DNA of 64,000 nucleotides from an uncultured Alphaproteobacteria bacterium (lineage in GTDB: Bacteria > Pseudomonadota > Alphaproteobacteria > RF32 > CAG-239): positions 119,165-183,164 of the forward strand of contig CASZWJ010000002.1 of NCBI GenBank assembly GCA_949493535.1. Direction: 5' to 3'. The position numbers and the translations under genes are program-made. The stretch's first letter is position 1; each line of letters starts with the position of its first letter. The notes beneath the pieces are model-generated. The model had not been told where the DNA came from, ran no database searches, and saw only the letters and a list, made by a program, of their open reading frames with translations. Below, piece by piece: positions 18,221 through 28,090 of the stretch.

Positions 18221-18556
18221 ATGGCAGAAAGCAAGTTGTTTTTGAAAGAAAATCCAACGATTCAGGATTATCAGCAATATGTTCGGGAAATGAAAACCGA
18301 GCGCAATTTCAAGCTTGATCCGATGTATGAATGCTGCCTGCTGGCGGAAGAAGTGGGGGAGCTGATTTCAGCCGTGCGGAAAAACAATAAAGGCGGAACA
18401 ATCGGCAGCGGTTCTGTTCCCGGAAGCGTTAAGCTGGAATTGGCCGATGTGTTTATTTATGTTTGCAGCTTGGCTAATATGCACGGGATTGATTTGGAAG
18501 AGGCTTTCAGGGAAAAGGAAGAAATCAATAAGCAACGGACATGGAAACGGCTGTAA
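18221..18556 (+). CDS. MazG-like nucleotide pyrophosphohydrolase
   Basis: 111 aa all-alpha, EEVGE...ELADVFIY metal-binding motifs of the MazG/NTP-PPase family. Confidence 0.7.
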   Translation: MAESKLFLKENPTIQDYQQYVREMKTERNFKLDPMYECCLLAEEVGELISAVRKNNKGGTIGSGSVPGSVKLELADVFIYVCSLANMHGIDLEEAFREKEEINKQRTWKRL

Positions 18557-19161
18557 TGTGCAAAGAATTTTATATATTTCGCCACGGAGAAAGCACTTAT
18601 AATGCATTGGGCAAAATTCAGGGGCGGACAAATGCATCCGAATTGACGGAAACCGGCAAGAAACAGGCAGAGAAAGTCGGGCGTATTCTTGCAGATAAAA
18701 ATATTGAAATCATATATGCGTCTCCGTTGAAAAGAGCTTTGCAAACAGCTGAAATTGCAAATAAATTATTGAATGTTCAAATTGAGAAAGACGAACATTT
18801 TATAGAGGTTGATGTCGGGGTGATTGAAGGTTTGCATCATACGGAAGCGACAGCAAAATATGGTGAGGATTATGCCAAGTGGCGAGACCGCGACAACCTT
18901 TATCCCGATTTCTGTTTTGACGGCGGAGAAAGCAAAAGCCAAGTTTGCAAGCGCGTTTTTGAAGGATTGAAACAAAAAGCCGATAATGCGGGATATGACG
19001 TTATGGCAGTTGCATCGCACGGAATTATGCTGGGTCAGGTGTTGATTGCTCTGGGTGTCCCGGACAGAAAAATTGATAACGGCAGTATTCTGCATGTGAT
19101 TTATGACAATCAAAACTGGCATTTTGGCAGTTTGATTTCGGTAACGGAAAAGGAAAATTGA
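18556..19161 (+). CDS. histidine phosphatase family protein (phosphoglycerate-mutase-like)
   Basis: RHGESTYN catalytic motif near the N-terminus, about 200 aa. Confidence 0.75.
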   Translation: MCKEFYIFRHGESTYNALGKIQGRTNASELTETGKKQAEKVGRILADKNIEIIYASPLKRALQTAEIANKLLNVQIEKDEHFIEVDVGVIEGLHHTEATAKYGEDYAKWRDRDNLYPDFCFDGGESKSQVCKRVFEGLKQKADNAGYDVMAVASHGIMLGQVLIALGVPDRKIDNGSILHVIYDNQNWHFGSLISVTEKEN

Positions 19162-19854
19162 ATGAAAAAGATTGCGATTATTGCGGCAATGAGCAAAGAA
19201 ATTGCCGAGTTGAAAAAACTGCTTTCCAATGCGGAAGAAAAGACGCTGGACGGGATTGATTTTATAACCGGTGATTTAAACGGCAAAGAGATTATTTTAA
19301 TGGAAAGCGGTATCGGCAAAGTTTGTGCGGCGGTTAAAACAACCGAGCTGATAAACTTGTTCAAGCCTGATTGCGTGATTAATTCCGGTGTGGCCGGAGG
19401 TATCGGAGATAAAGTGGAGAAAATGGATGTGGTTGCTGGTGTTGAAACGGTATATAACGATGTTTGGTGTCTGGAGCCTAACTTGTTTGGGCAGGTTCAG
19501 GGTTTTCCGGCTCGTTTTGGCGGTTGTCGGGCTTTGCTTGAAAAGCTGAATGACGGTGACAACGGCGGAGTGAACGTTCATAAAGGCCTGATTTGCAGCG
19601 GCGATAAATTTATTGCCGGCGTTGAGGCCGCCAAAGGCGTGCGCGACACGTTTAATGACGGTTTGGCCGTCGATATGGAATCTTGCGCCGTTGCTCAAGT
19701 TTGCCATATGAAAAACGTTCCGTTTCTGGCCTTGCGGATTATCAGTGACACCCCTTTGAAAAACGATGATAATTTTAAAGAATATAAAGATTTTTGGGGC
19801 GAGATGGCCGAACGGTCTTTCAAGGTTTTAAAAAAGTTGCTTATGTCTTTGTAA
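19162..19854 (+). CDS. mtnN: 5'-methylthioadenosine/S-adenosylhomocysteine nucleosidase
   Basis: MKKIAIIAAMSKE...ESGIGKVCAA...NSGVAGG motifs of Pfs/MtnN, 230 aa. Confidence 0.85.
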   Translation: MKKIAIIAAMSKEIAELKKLLSNAEEKTLDGIDFITGDLNGKEIILMESGIGKVCAAVKTTELINLFKPDCVINSGVAGGIGDKVEKMDVVAGVETVYNDVWCLEPNLFGQVQGFPARFGGCRALLEKLNDGDNGGVNVHKGLICSGDKFIAGVEAAKGVRDTFNDGLAVDMESCAVAQVCHMKNVPFLALRIISDTPLKNDDNFKEYKDFWGEMAERSFKVLKKLLMSL

Positions 19855-19866
19855 AGGAGAGATATA

Positions 19867-21249
19867 TTGCTTGATAAGTCATTGGTATATGAAATTTTAG
19901 ATACGGCTCTGGCAAGCGGCGCCGACTTTGCCGAAGTATTTGTTGAAAACAGCCTGTCCACATCAATTCAAACCGGAGACAGGAGAGTTAAAAACATCAG
20001 TTCCGGACAATCATTCGGCATCGGTATCCGCGTTTTTAAGGATTTGTTTTCCGCTTATGCCTATACGAATGTTATGGACAGGGAGAACTTGCTGAAGACG
20101 GCGCAAAAAGCTGCGGCGGCGTTGAGAGAAAAAAGGCAGGCTTCCGTTCTTGGTTTTGTTGATGTTGAGATTGAAAATAAACATAAAATCAAAATATTGC
20201 ACAATTCCGTTAACAAATCAGATAAAGTTTCCGTGATGCATAAAATCTGTGAAACGGCATGTGGTGCCAGCAGTTTAGTCACAAAAGCCGATGCGACTTA
20301 TTTGGAAAAAGAACGGCAAATTTTGGTAGCCAACAGCAACGGGCTTTGGGCGGAAGATAAGCTCTCGCGCGGACGTTTTTCTTTGAATGTGATTGCGGCT
20401 CGAGATGAAAAAAGCCAAGATTCAACGGATAATTTTGGCGGATTGTATGGATTTGAGTTGTTTGAAGGGCGCGATTTGCAGGCTTTTGCCGAAAAAACGG
20501 TTTCAGATGCCGTCAGTATGCTGGATGCCGAAGACTGTCCGTCCGGCAAGATGCCGGTTATTATCGATAACGGGTTTGGCGGCGCAATTTTTCACGAGGC
20601 TTGCGGGCATGGTCTGGAAGCAACTGCAGTTGCAAAGAATGCTTCTGTATTCTGCGGCAAACTCGGACAAAAGGTGGCGAGCGAACTGGTAACGGCTTAT
20701 GATGATGCGACAATTCCGAATGCCTGGGGTTCTATTAATATTGACGACGAGGGTATTGCGGGGCAGCGTAAAATTTTGATTGAGAACGGCATTCTTAAAT
20801 CTTATATGGTTGACAGCTTTAACGCGCGCAGAATGGGAATGGAGCCGAACGGCTGTGCGCGTCGCCAGAATTATAAATTTATGCCGACATCGCGTATGAG
20901 CAACACGTTTATTGCCAACGGCAACTCAACTTTGGAAGAAATGATTGCAGCAACGGATTATGGGGTGTTTGCCGAAAGAATGGGCGGCGGTTCGGTTAAT
21001 CCGGCAAGCGGCGAATTTAATTTCTCTGTCAATAAAGCATATGTTATTGAAAAAGGCAGACTGAAACAATTGGTTAAAGGGGCTAAGCTGATTGGTTCGG
21101 GCATAGAAATTTTGAATAATATCGATATGGTGGGCAATAATATGGCTTTGGCTTGCGGTATGTGCGGTTCAGCTTCGGGAAGTATTCCGACAACGGTCGG
21201 ACAACCGGCAATCAGAGTACAGAATATTACGGTCGGAGGGCAGAAATAA
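19867..21249 (+). CDS. tldD: metalloprotease TldD (TTG start)
   Basis: HEACGHGLE zinc motif, 460 aa, followed by overlapping pmbA. Confidence 0.85.
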   Translation: MLDKSLVYEILDTALASGADFAEVFVENSLSTSIQTGDRRVKNISSGQSFGIGIRVFKDLFSAYAYTNVMDRENLLKTAQKAAAALREKRQASVLGFVDVEIENKHKIKILHNSVNKSDKVSVMHKICETACGASSLVTKADATYLEKERQILVANSNGLWAEDKLSRGRFSLNVIAARDEKSQDSTDNFGGLYGFELFEGRDLQAFAEKTVSDAVSMLDAEDCPSGKMPVIIDNGFGGAIFHEACGHGLEATAVAKNASVFCGKLGQKVASELVTAYDDATIPNAWGSINIDDEGIAGQRKILIENGILKSYMVDSFNARRMGMEPNGCARRQNYKFMPTSRMSNTFIANGNSTLEEMIAATDYGVFAERMGGGSVNPASGEFNFSVNKAYVIEKGRLKQLVKGAKLIGSGIEILNNIDMVGNNMALACGMCGSASGSIPTTVGQPAIRVQNITVGGQK

Positions 21250-22574
21250 TGACGCCGGAACAATTTGTTACAAAGCTTTATGATACGGCATTACAAGCCG
21301 GAATAAAAGAATTTTCCGTTGTATACGGCTGCGGTTCTTCCAATCGTATTGACGTTTATGACGGCAAGGTTTCCAACCGGAGGAATAATGAGGGGCAGGG
21401 TGTTTCGCTCTCTGTCAAATGCGGCAAAAATATTGGTTCTTTTGCTTGCGAAGAATTGAATGAAGAGCTTATTCCGCTTATGGTTAAGGAAGCGAAAGAG
21501 AATGCCGAATTGATTAATGCCGAAGAGGAAAACTTTTTCCACGACGGTAGCGGAGAATACAAAAAAGCCTTAAAATATAAGCCTTTACCTGAATTTTCAA
21601 AACTTGATAAGGAAAAATATCTTCTGGAAGTTGAAAAATCCTGCTATCAGATTGATAAAAGGGTGAAAAAAGTCATTTCACTTTATATTGCCGACGGCAA
21701 AAGTTCATCAATCATGAAAAATTCGCTCGGTTTGGATTTAAAAGATGACAGCGAATATGCTTATGCCGTCCTTTATTTGTCGGCAGAAGAAAACGGCGTT
21801 ACCAAAACCGGCAGTGAAATTATCCTTTTTGATAAAAAAGAAGATTTTACTCCCCTGAATTTGGCTAAGGCTGCCGTTGAAAAGGCCGTGGGCAGGCTTC
21901 AGGCCGCTAACATAAAATCGGGAAAATGCAAGATAGTATTTGAAAACAAGACTTTTGCCGATTTCCTTGAAACAATTGCCGGCATTTTTTCGGCAAACAG
22001 CGTGCAGGAGAAACGTTCGCAGTTGGTTGGAAAAATCGGCGAAGTTATTGCCAGCCCTATCGTAACCATGATTGATAATCCGTTGCTTGAGAACGGTTAT
22101 AATACCAGAAGTTATGACAGCGAAGGTTATCCGTCGGATAAGCATGAGGTTATTAAAGGCGGTGTTTTGAAGATGTTTTTGCACAATTTGCGCACGGCTA
22201 AAAAAGACGGTGTTGCCTCAACCGGCAATGGCAGCGGCGGCCGCGGCATTTCTTTTTCAAATTTTTATCTGGACAAGGGAAATTTCAGCAAAGACGATGT
22301 GCTGGCAAAAGCCGGAGACGGCGTTTATCTGACGGATTTGAACGGTTTGCATGCAGGTTATAGTTCCGTTTCAGGTAATTTTTCCTTTGGTGCGGAAGGA
22401 TTTATCATTGAAAACAGCAAGTTAGGCAAGGCGTTAAATCAAATTACGGTTTCAGGAAACGTATACCGGTTGTTGAAAGACATTGAAGCTTTGGGGAATG
22501 ATTTGGAGTTTACCCACAATGGTTTCGGTGCGCCGACAGTTTTGATAAAAGAATTGGCAATTTCAAACGAGTAG
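21249..22574 (+). CDS. pmbA: metalloprotease PmbA/TldE
   Basis: ATG overlaps tldD stop (TAATG); 441 aa, TldD/PmbA fold without the HExxxH motif, as expected for TldE. Confidence 0.8.
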   Translation: MTPEQFVTKLYDTALQAGIKEFSVVYGCGSSNRIDVYDGKVSNRRNNEGQGVSLSVKCGKNIGSFACEELNEELIPLMVKEAKENAELINAEEENFFHDGSGEYKKALKYKPLPEFSKLDKEKYLLEVEKSCYQIDKRVKKVISLYIADGKSSSIMKNSLGLDLKDDSEYAYAVLYLSAEENGVTKTGSEIILFDKKEDFTPLNLAKAAVEKAVGRLQAANIKSGKCKIVFENKTFADFLETIAGIFSANSVQEKRSQLVGKIGEVIASPIVTMIDNPLLENGYNTRSYDSEGYPSDKHEVIKGGVLKMFLHNLRTAKKDGVASTGNGSGGRGISFSNFYLDKGNFSKDDVLAKAGDGVYLTDLNGLHAGYSSVSGNFSFGAEGFIIENSKLGKALNQITVSGNVYRLLKDIEALGNDLEFTHNGFGAPTVLIKELAISNE

Positions 22575-22583
22575 GGGCATAAG

Positions 22584-23246
22584 TTGCGAGAGGCAAAGCG
22601 TTTAACAAGGTTGAAAGTGATTTTTGTGGATTGGCACAAAACCCTTTGTTCATGCCCTTTTTTTCATCATTTGGAGAAAAGAGACGCTTCCTTATATGAT
22701 AAGCTCGAGTATCGTTTGTTTGAAGAAATGCCGATTGAGAATTTTATTGAATGGATGCGCGGAAATATTACAAAAAAAGATATTGTTGCGCGTTTGGCCG
22801 GTAATGACCTGCCTGTTTCAAAAGTTTCCGAGCTTTTGAAACAAGGCTGCGAGACCATGTTTTTGGATAGAAAAGACTATCTTAAATGGATTAGAAAAAT
22901 CAGAAAAAAGGGTATTAAGGCTGTTATTGCTACGGATAATGTCGATACGTTTGACGAATATACTGTTCCGTCGTTAAAATTAATGCGTTATTTTGACGAT
23001 ATTTTATCTTCTTGTCGCCTGAGAAAGCTGAAAAAAGACGTTAACGGCAAAAGATTGTTGTTTTTTGACGATTTTTTAAAGAAAAACGGTATAAAATATG
23101 ATGAGGCGATGTTGATTGACGACGATGAAAAAACTATCAAATTATGTAAGCATCATGGCATGCAGGGAAAAGTTGTCAGATCGCCGGAAGATGTGTTGAA
23201 AATATTGATGATGATTGAGGCCGGTTGTGACCGATGTGAATATTAA
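22584..23246 (+). CDS. HAD-like hydrolase-fold protein, paralog A (divergent motif I)
   Basis: KVIFVDWHKTL (motif I with D-x-H instead of D-x-D), VIATDN (motif II), LIDDDE (motif IV); about 45 percent identical to downstream paralog. Confidence 0.5.
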   Translation: MREAKRLTRLKVIFVDWHKTLCSCPFFHHLEKRDASLYDKLEYRLFEEMPIENFIEWMRGNITKKDIVARLAGNDLPVSKVSELLKQGCETMFLDRKDYLKWIRKIRKKGIKAVIATDNVDTFDEYTVPSLKLMRYFDDILSSCRLRKLKKDVNGKRLLFFDDFLKKNGIKYDEAMLIDDDEKTIKLCKHHGMQGKVVRSPEDVLKILMMIEAGCDRCEY

Positions 23247-23874
23247 AGAGCTTAAAGTTATTTTTGTTGACTGGTATATTACATTAACGTCGTTAATGTT
23301 TTTGAATAAGTTGAAGCTTGAACAGGTTGATTTATTTCAGAAAATTAAAGATAAAATTTTTGATAAAAATATCAGTGGCTGGCATTTGGATTGGGCGAGA
23401 GGAAAGTTAAATCAAAAAGATGCAGCCTGTTTTGTGGCTGATGACGGTTATATTTCATATGAAGAAGTTTTGAAGATTTTTGCGGATTGCTGCTCCGTTC
23501 AGCAGGTTGATACGGAAGAGTTCTGGCCGGTTATAGATAAAATCCGCGCTAAAGGAATCAAGGTTGTGCTGGCTACGGACAATTGGGATATTTTTTGCCA
23601 GTATACCGTGCCTGCACTGAAATTGGATAAGCATTTTGACGGTATTTTATCCTCAAATGAAATCGGTTATCTTAAAAGGGATACAAACAACGGCAATTTG
23701 TTGTTTTTTGCTGATTATATGCGGAAGAACCATTTGAAATATAATGAAGTTGTTTTAGTAGATGATGCTTTGGTTAATTATAATTGCTGCAAAAAGTGCG
23801 GTATGCCGGTCAAACAGGTGAAGTCCAGTAAAGAAACTTTGGAGTTTTTAAAAGAATTAGCTCAAAAACGGTAA
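23215..23874 (+). CDS. HAD-like hydrolase-fold protein, paralog B (tandem duplicate of 22584..23246)
   Basis: shares KVIFVDW, KGIKVVLATDNWD, YTVPALKL, FDGILSS, LLFFADY, LVDDA blocks with paralog A; overlaps it by 32 nt. Confidence 0.5.
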   Translation: MRPVVTDVNIKELKVIFVDWYITLTSLMFLNKLKLEQVDLFQKIKDKIFDKNISGWHLDWARGKLNQKDAACFVADDGYISYEEVLKIFADCCSVQQVDTEEFWPVIDKIRAKGIKVVLATDNWDIFCQYTVPALKLDKHFDGILSSNEIGYLKRDTNNGNLLFFADYMRKNHLKYNEVVLVDDALVNYNCCKKCGMPVKQVKSSKETLEFLKELAQKR

Positions 23875-23878
23875 AACA

Positions 23879-24409
23879 ATGGATAAACTCAATAACATTA
23901 TCAATTTGTCAGGCAGGCTTAAGGGCTTAAAACGGAGCGGTTGGCTGAGAAAAGGCATAACCGAAGCTGAAAGCGTTGCTGATCACAGCTTTGGCACGGC
24001 GTTGTTGGCTTTGCTGCTGGCGCCTGTTGGACTTGATAAGGAAAAATGCCTGAAAATGGCGGTTTTGCATGATATTCAAGAAGCATTTGTCGGAGATATA
24101 ACGCCTTTTGACAATATTTCTTCCGAAGATAAGGCTCGTATGGAAATAAAGGCTGTTAAAGAATTAGCCGAGCGGTTGGAATATCCCGAGCTTATTGAAA
24201 TTTTTGAAGAATTTGAAGCTCAAAAAAGTAGAGAAGCGCGTTTTATGAAAGATATTGACCGTTTGGAAGCCGTCTTACAGGCAAAATATTATGACAAAAA
24301 CAGCCTTACTCAAGAAAGCCTGTTTTCTGAGTTTTATGATTATGCTTCACGCCATACAAATCAGGAAGAAAAAATTATTTCGGAGATTTTTTCTAAGTTA
24401 AGCAGCTGA
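23879..24409 (+). CDS. HD-domain phosphohydrolase (YfbR-like 5'-deoxynucleotidase)
   Basis: RSGWLRKG...ESVADHSFGTALLALLL...LHDIQEAFVGDITPFD HD motifs. Confidence 0.75.
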   Translation: MDKLNNIINLSGRLKGLKRSGWLRKGITEAESVADHSFGTALLALLLAPVGLDKEKCLKMAVLHDIQEAFVGDITPFDNISSEDKARMEIKAVKELAERLEYPELIEIFEEFEAQKSREARFMKDIDRLEAVLQAKYYDKNSLTQESLFSEFYDYASRHTNQEEKIISEIFSKLSS

Positions 24410-25045
24410 TTGGGGGCTGTTGTCAAAATAGCGTTTGATTGTGTCCATTACCTTAACATAATAGCTGTCTTCATGGGGAACAAAGTCGCCGATTGAGACG
24501 GAGCCGGTGTGCGGTATATAATTTCCGTATTTGTCCAACAGTAGCCCTGAAACGTAAATAGAGCTGACTTTATGGCTGAAAAGATTTTTTAAATCTTCTA
24601 CAGTTGCTTCTAAAATGCCGTCGACTTCTTCCGGATTCATGTTAAGTTCGGAGAGATTTTTTTCGCTCTCCAGTAGATATGTCGGATTAAATTCTCTGTT
24701 AATGTAGTTGCGGTGTTCTCCCACATGATTAATCGTAAAGAGCTTGGTCAGCTTATCAAAATCAACTTTTAAACCCAATTCTTCTTCAATTTCCCTAATG
24801 CCGTCTTTGGGTGTTTCGCCGGCTTGAAGATGTCCGGCAGCGGAGATGTCCAAAAGGCTTGGGTGGGAGTCTTTGTTTTTGCTGCGTAACTGAAGAAGAA
24901 CGCGGTGGTTGCCGTCGGAAGCCCGTTTGACAATCCAACAATGAAAAGCTTTGTGCCAGAGGCCTTCTTTGTGGGCTTGAGAGCGCGGAGCCGTGCCTAA
25001 ATGGTTCATATTGCAGTCATAAATGTCAATTATTTCGTCCGCCAT
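24398..25045 (-). CDS. Nudix hydrolase (YfcD/IDI-like subfamily), paralog 1
   Basis: Nudix box GHLQAGETPKDGIREIEEELGL; IDI-like N-terminus without the IDI catalytic Cys. Confidence 0.8.
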   Translation of the reverse strand: MADEIIDIYDCNMNHLGTAPRSQAHKEGLWHKAFHCWIVKRASDGNHRVLLQLRSKNKDSHPSLLDISAAGHLQAGETPKDGIREIEEELGLKVDFDKLTKLFTINHVGEHRNYINREFNPTYLLESEKNLSELNMNPEEVDGILEATVEDLKNLFSHKVSSIYVSGLLLDKYGNYIPHTGSVSIGDFVPHEDSYYVKVMDTIKRYFDNSPQSAA

Positions 25046-25682
25046 TGTCGTTCTCCTTTAACATGTTTTGCAAGTTTATAAAGAAATCTCGATAAGTATT
25101 TTTACCATAATCCATAAAATCTGCAATCGAAACTTGCCTTATGGTCGGTATATAGGCATTGTTTTCACCAATCGCCAGACCCGTAACGGTAATTTTAGGA
25201 ACATCATCATTGAAAAGGGCTATTGCGTCTTCTAAATCCATTTCAAAAATTCCGTCAAGCTCATTTTTTTGTAAACACAATTCGGACAGGGTTGCGGAAG
25301 TCTGCGCATAGCAACGGTGGACAATTTCGGCATTTTTTATTGCCTTGTTGCCGCTGAGGCGTTTGGTGATTCCGAATTGGATGATATTGTCGAACGGCAA
25401 ATCTAATCCCAGTTCTTCTTTAACTTCGCGGCACAGGGCCTGTTGCAAATTTTCTCCGGAGGCAAAGTGGCCGGCCGAAGAAGCGTCAAGCAGTCCGCCG
25501 CCGATGAGTTTGCGCTTGTTGCGGAGTTGCAGCCAGATTTTCCGGCGTCCGTCTTTGGTGCGGCGAATGAGCCAGCAAAAGAAAACTTTATGCCACCAGC
25601 CGTTGTTATGCGCTTCAGACTTCATTGCCTGACTGATAAAATTTAAGTTATCGTCAAAGATGTCGATTAACTCGTCAGCCAT
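25026..25682 (-). CDS. Nudix hydrolase (YfcD/IDI-like subfamily), paralog 2 (start at MADELIDIF; ORF-track start is further upstream)
   Basis: Nudix box GHFASGENLQQALCREVKEELGL; collinear with paralog 1. Confidence 0.8.
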   Translation of the reverse strand: MADELIDIFDDNLNFISQAMKSEAHNNGWWHKVFFCWLIRRTKDGRRKIWLQLRNKRKLIGGGLLDASSAGHFASGENLQQALCREVKEELGLDLPFDNIIQFGITKRLSGNKAIKNAEIVHRCYAQTSATLSELCLQKNELDGIFEMDLEDAIALFNDDVPKITVTGLAIGENNAYIPTIRQVSIADFMDYGKNTYRDFFINLQNMLKENDNGGRNN

Positions 25683-26130
25683 GCGGATATTCCAGATGCA
25701 AAATAGGATGCGGTCTGCCGTTGCCGTCAAATTCATCACGGGAAACAATCTTATAACCGAGGTGTTGATAAAATCCGAGAGCATCAGGGTTTTCTTCATT
25801 GACATCTATTTTATAGGTTTTAAGCTTTGTCAAAGCCAATTCCAGCAACCGGCGCCCTAAGCCCATTCCCCGTTTGTCAGGTTTTAAGAACAGCATTTCG
25901 ACTTTGTTTTCGGATACGCCCATAAAGCCGCAAATTTCGTTATTACGGACAATTCCATACAAATCCGTAGCGGGCAGGGCATATTTTAAGATTATCGGTT
26001 TGTAAAAAGAGATATCTTCTTCGCTTAAAAAATGATGCGTTGCCCGAACCGATGCTTCCCATATTTCCAGAATTTCAGGATAATGTGCAGCGGCAAGTTT
26101 TTTTACGCTTATCGTATTATGGTTTGGCAA
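25675..26130 (-). CDS. GNAT-family N-acetyltransferase
   Basis: 151 aa, acetyl-CoA binding motif RGMGLGRRLLE. Confidence 0.8.
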   Translation of the reverse strand: MPNHNTISVKKLAAAHYPEILEIWEASVRATHHFLSEEDISFYKPIILKYALPATDLYGIVRNNEICGFMGVSENKVEMLFLKPDKRGMGLGRRLLELALTKLKTYKIDVNEENPDALGFYQHLGYKIVSRDEFDGNGRPHPILHLEYPHG

Positions 26131-27883
26131 AATAGAGCAGGCCTTTCACGTCTGCGCCGTTTTCTTGGCGAAGAACCAAATCATATTTGTTTATCTGAGT
26201 AAAACCATTGGTTTGCAAGAGGTTTTCAATGTAAGCCGGATTATGAAGGTATCGGCCGGCATCGTTAAGCTTATAGTCATCGGTTTCTGCTGAAACTTCT
26301 ATGGAAAAACATATATTTTTTCCTTTTAATGCGGAAATAACAGGAGCTAAGTTGCCGATGTATCCGAAGACATCAGCGGCAACGATTAATGAAGTCTGCA
26401 ATTGGGGCAGGCGTTGTTGACAGAAATCCAGAATGTCACTTTTAATCAATTCTGAGTAAATGCCTTTTTCTGCTGCTTTGTTCAGCATGTTTTGAGAAAT
26501 GTCGACGCCGATTATTTGGTTTTCTCCGTTTTTGAGAACTTCTCCAACCAGCCCCGAACCACAGCCCAAATCGACAACGGCCCCTTTAACATTTCCTGCA
26601 AGGTCTTTAATGCGTCTTGGTACGCCGTAAGCAATCTTCTTAAGAACCAGCTCATAATTATCAGCGAAATTGTCAAAAAGCTTTTCGCTAAAAACTTTAT
26701 TATCTTCAAGTTTTTCTCCTTTGAAAGCGGCGTTGACTCGCTGTGCAAAAACGTTTTGCGGCGAATGTTTTAACCAGTTTTCGGCAATTAAAAGGGCGTC
26801 GTCTTTGTTCTTTCGATAGAACAAAATGAGCGTTTCCATGATGTTGACCGAAAAATCGATACGGTCGGCATCAAGATTATAAGCGTTAAAGAACAGACCC
26901 AGAGCGTCTTCAAATTCGCCCAAGTCTTTTAAGATGATGCCTATGTTATTGCTGATTTCAGCCGAACGCGGATTGAGAATTACTGCTGCGCGATATTCTT
27001 CCAAAGCTTCGCTTAAACGTTCCTGATGATAAAGCATGTTGGCATAGTTTATATGCGCGTCCAAGCTGCCGGGTTCTAAATCCAAGGCTTTTTTATAGCG
27101 TTTTTCGGCTTGTTCAAAATTATTTTCATTCGTTTCTACATTTGCAAGGTTTAACAGGGCAGCAACATTGCGCGGGTTTTGCTCAACGGATGTTTGGAAA
27201 TACATTTTGGCTTCAGCCGGATTATTTTCTTTTTGGGCTATTAACCCCAAAATCAGAGATATGTCATCGGCTGAAGGGTTTAACTGTTGGGCGGCGAGGG
27301 CATAGCGTTTTGATTTTTCAATATCGCCGCGGTCAAAATAAAGCGTGCTCAGATGATAACGGCTTAAAATTTCTTCGGGATATTGTGTGGAAATGTCTTC
27401 AAGAAATTTGATGGTTTTGTCTTGGTCTGACTCATAATATGTCATTGCCAGATTGGTTTTGGCTTCACTGTAATCTTTGTCCAGATTGATTGCTTTGAGA
27501 AAAGCCTGCTGAGCTTCGGGAATGCGATGCAAACGGCGGAGGACCATACCTTGTTGGTTATAAATTTCTTTGACGCCTGCTTCCAGTTCAGCCGCTTTTT
27601 GCAAATTATCAAGAGCTTCGACATTCTTTCCGAGAGCAGAGAGAGAAATACCCAAATTAAAATAGAAAGGTGCGTGTTTGGGCGCTTTTTTTATGGCTCT
27701 GTAGAAAAGTTCCATTGCCTGATTATGGACGCCTTTAGCCTGGGCTATTAATCCAAGAAGGTTCAAAATATCAGGATGTTCGGGAGCTGTTTCCAGAATT
27801 TGGCGGTAGATGTTTTCGGCTTCATCGAAACGGCCTTGCTGATGGGCTGTCAGAGCCTGCTGAAATAGAATATCGTAAGACAT
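26117..27883 (-). CDS. TPR-repeat protein fused to a class I SAM-dependent methyltransferase domain
   Basis: N-terminal TPR repeats; C-terminal motif I VVDLGCGSGLVGEVL and post-I acidic residue. Confidence 0.75.
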   Translation of the reverse strand: MSYDILFQQALTAHQQGRFDEAENIYRQILETAPEHPDILNLLGLIAQAKGVHNQAMELFYRAIKKAPKHAPFYFNLGISLSALGKNVEALDNLQKAAELEAGVKEIYNQQGMVLRRLHRIPEAQQAFLKAINLDKDYSEAKTNLAMTYYESDQDKTIKFLEDISTQYPEEILSRYHLSTLYFDRGDIEKSKRYALAAQQLNPSADDISLILGLIAQKENNPAEAKMYFQTSVEQNPRNVAALLNLANVETNENNFEQAEKRYKKALDLEPGSLDAHINYANMLYHQERLSEALEEYRAAVILNPRSAEISNNIGIILKDLGEFEDALGLFFNAYNLDADRIDFSVNIMETLILFYRKNKDDALLIAENWLKHSPQNVFAQRVNAAFKGEKLEDNKVFSEKLFDNFADNYELVLKKIAYGVPRRIKDLAGNVKGAVVDLGCGSGLVGEVLKNGENQIIGVDISQNMLNKAAEKGIYSELIKSDILDFCQQRLPQLQTSLIVAADVFGYIGNLAPVISALKGKNICFSIEVSAETDDYKLNDAGRYLHNPAYIENLLQTNGFTQINKYDLVLRQENGADVKGLLYFAKP

Positions 27884-28090
27884 TGAAACTCCTAAAATCT
27901 TTTAGTTTGCGCCATTTTAGCAAATTCAGAGATAAAATCCAGCAGATTTTTAAAATATTGCTTGAAATTATCTCTTTTTTGGTGTAGTTATCATGTTACT
28001 TCCGGGAATGAGGGTGAAAACACCCCGTTTGGAGATATAACCAAAACTACCGGGACAATAATGTAAATAAGCAATTAAAAGGAAATTTTA

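Noticed and set aside
27884-28090. Possible S4 autoregulatory leader/pseudoknot upstream of rpsD (GGGTGAAAACACCCC hairpin)
   Set aside because: Only a short hairpin is visible. Conserved S4-binding structure cannot be judged without alignment, so it is not called as a feature.
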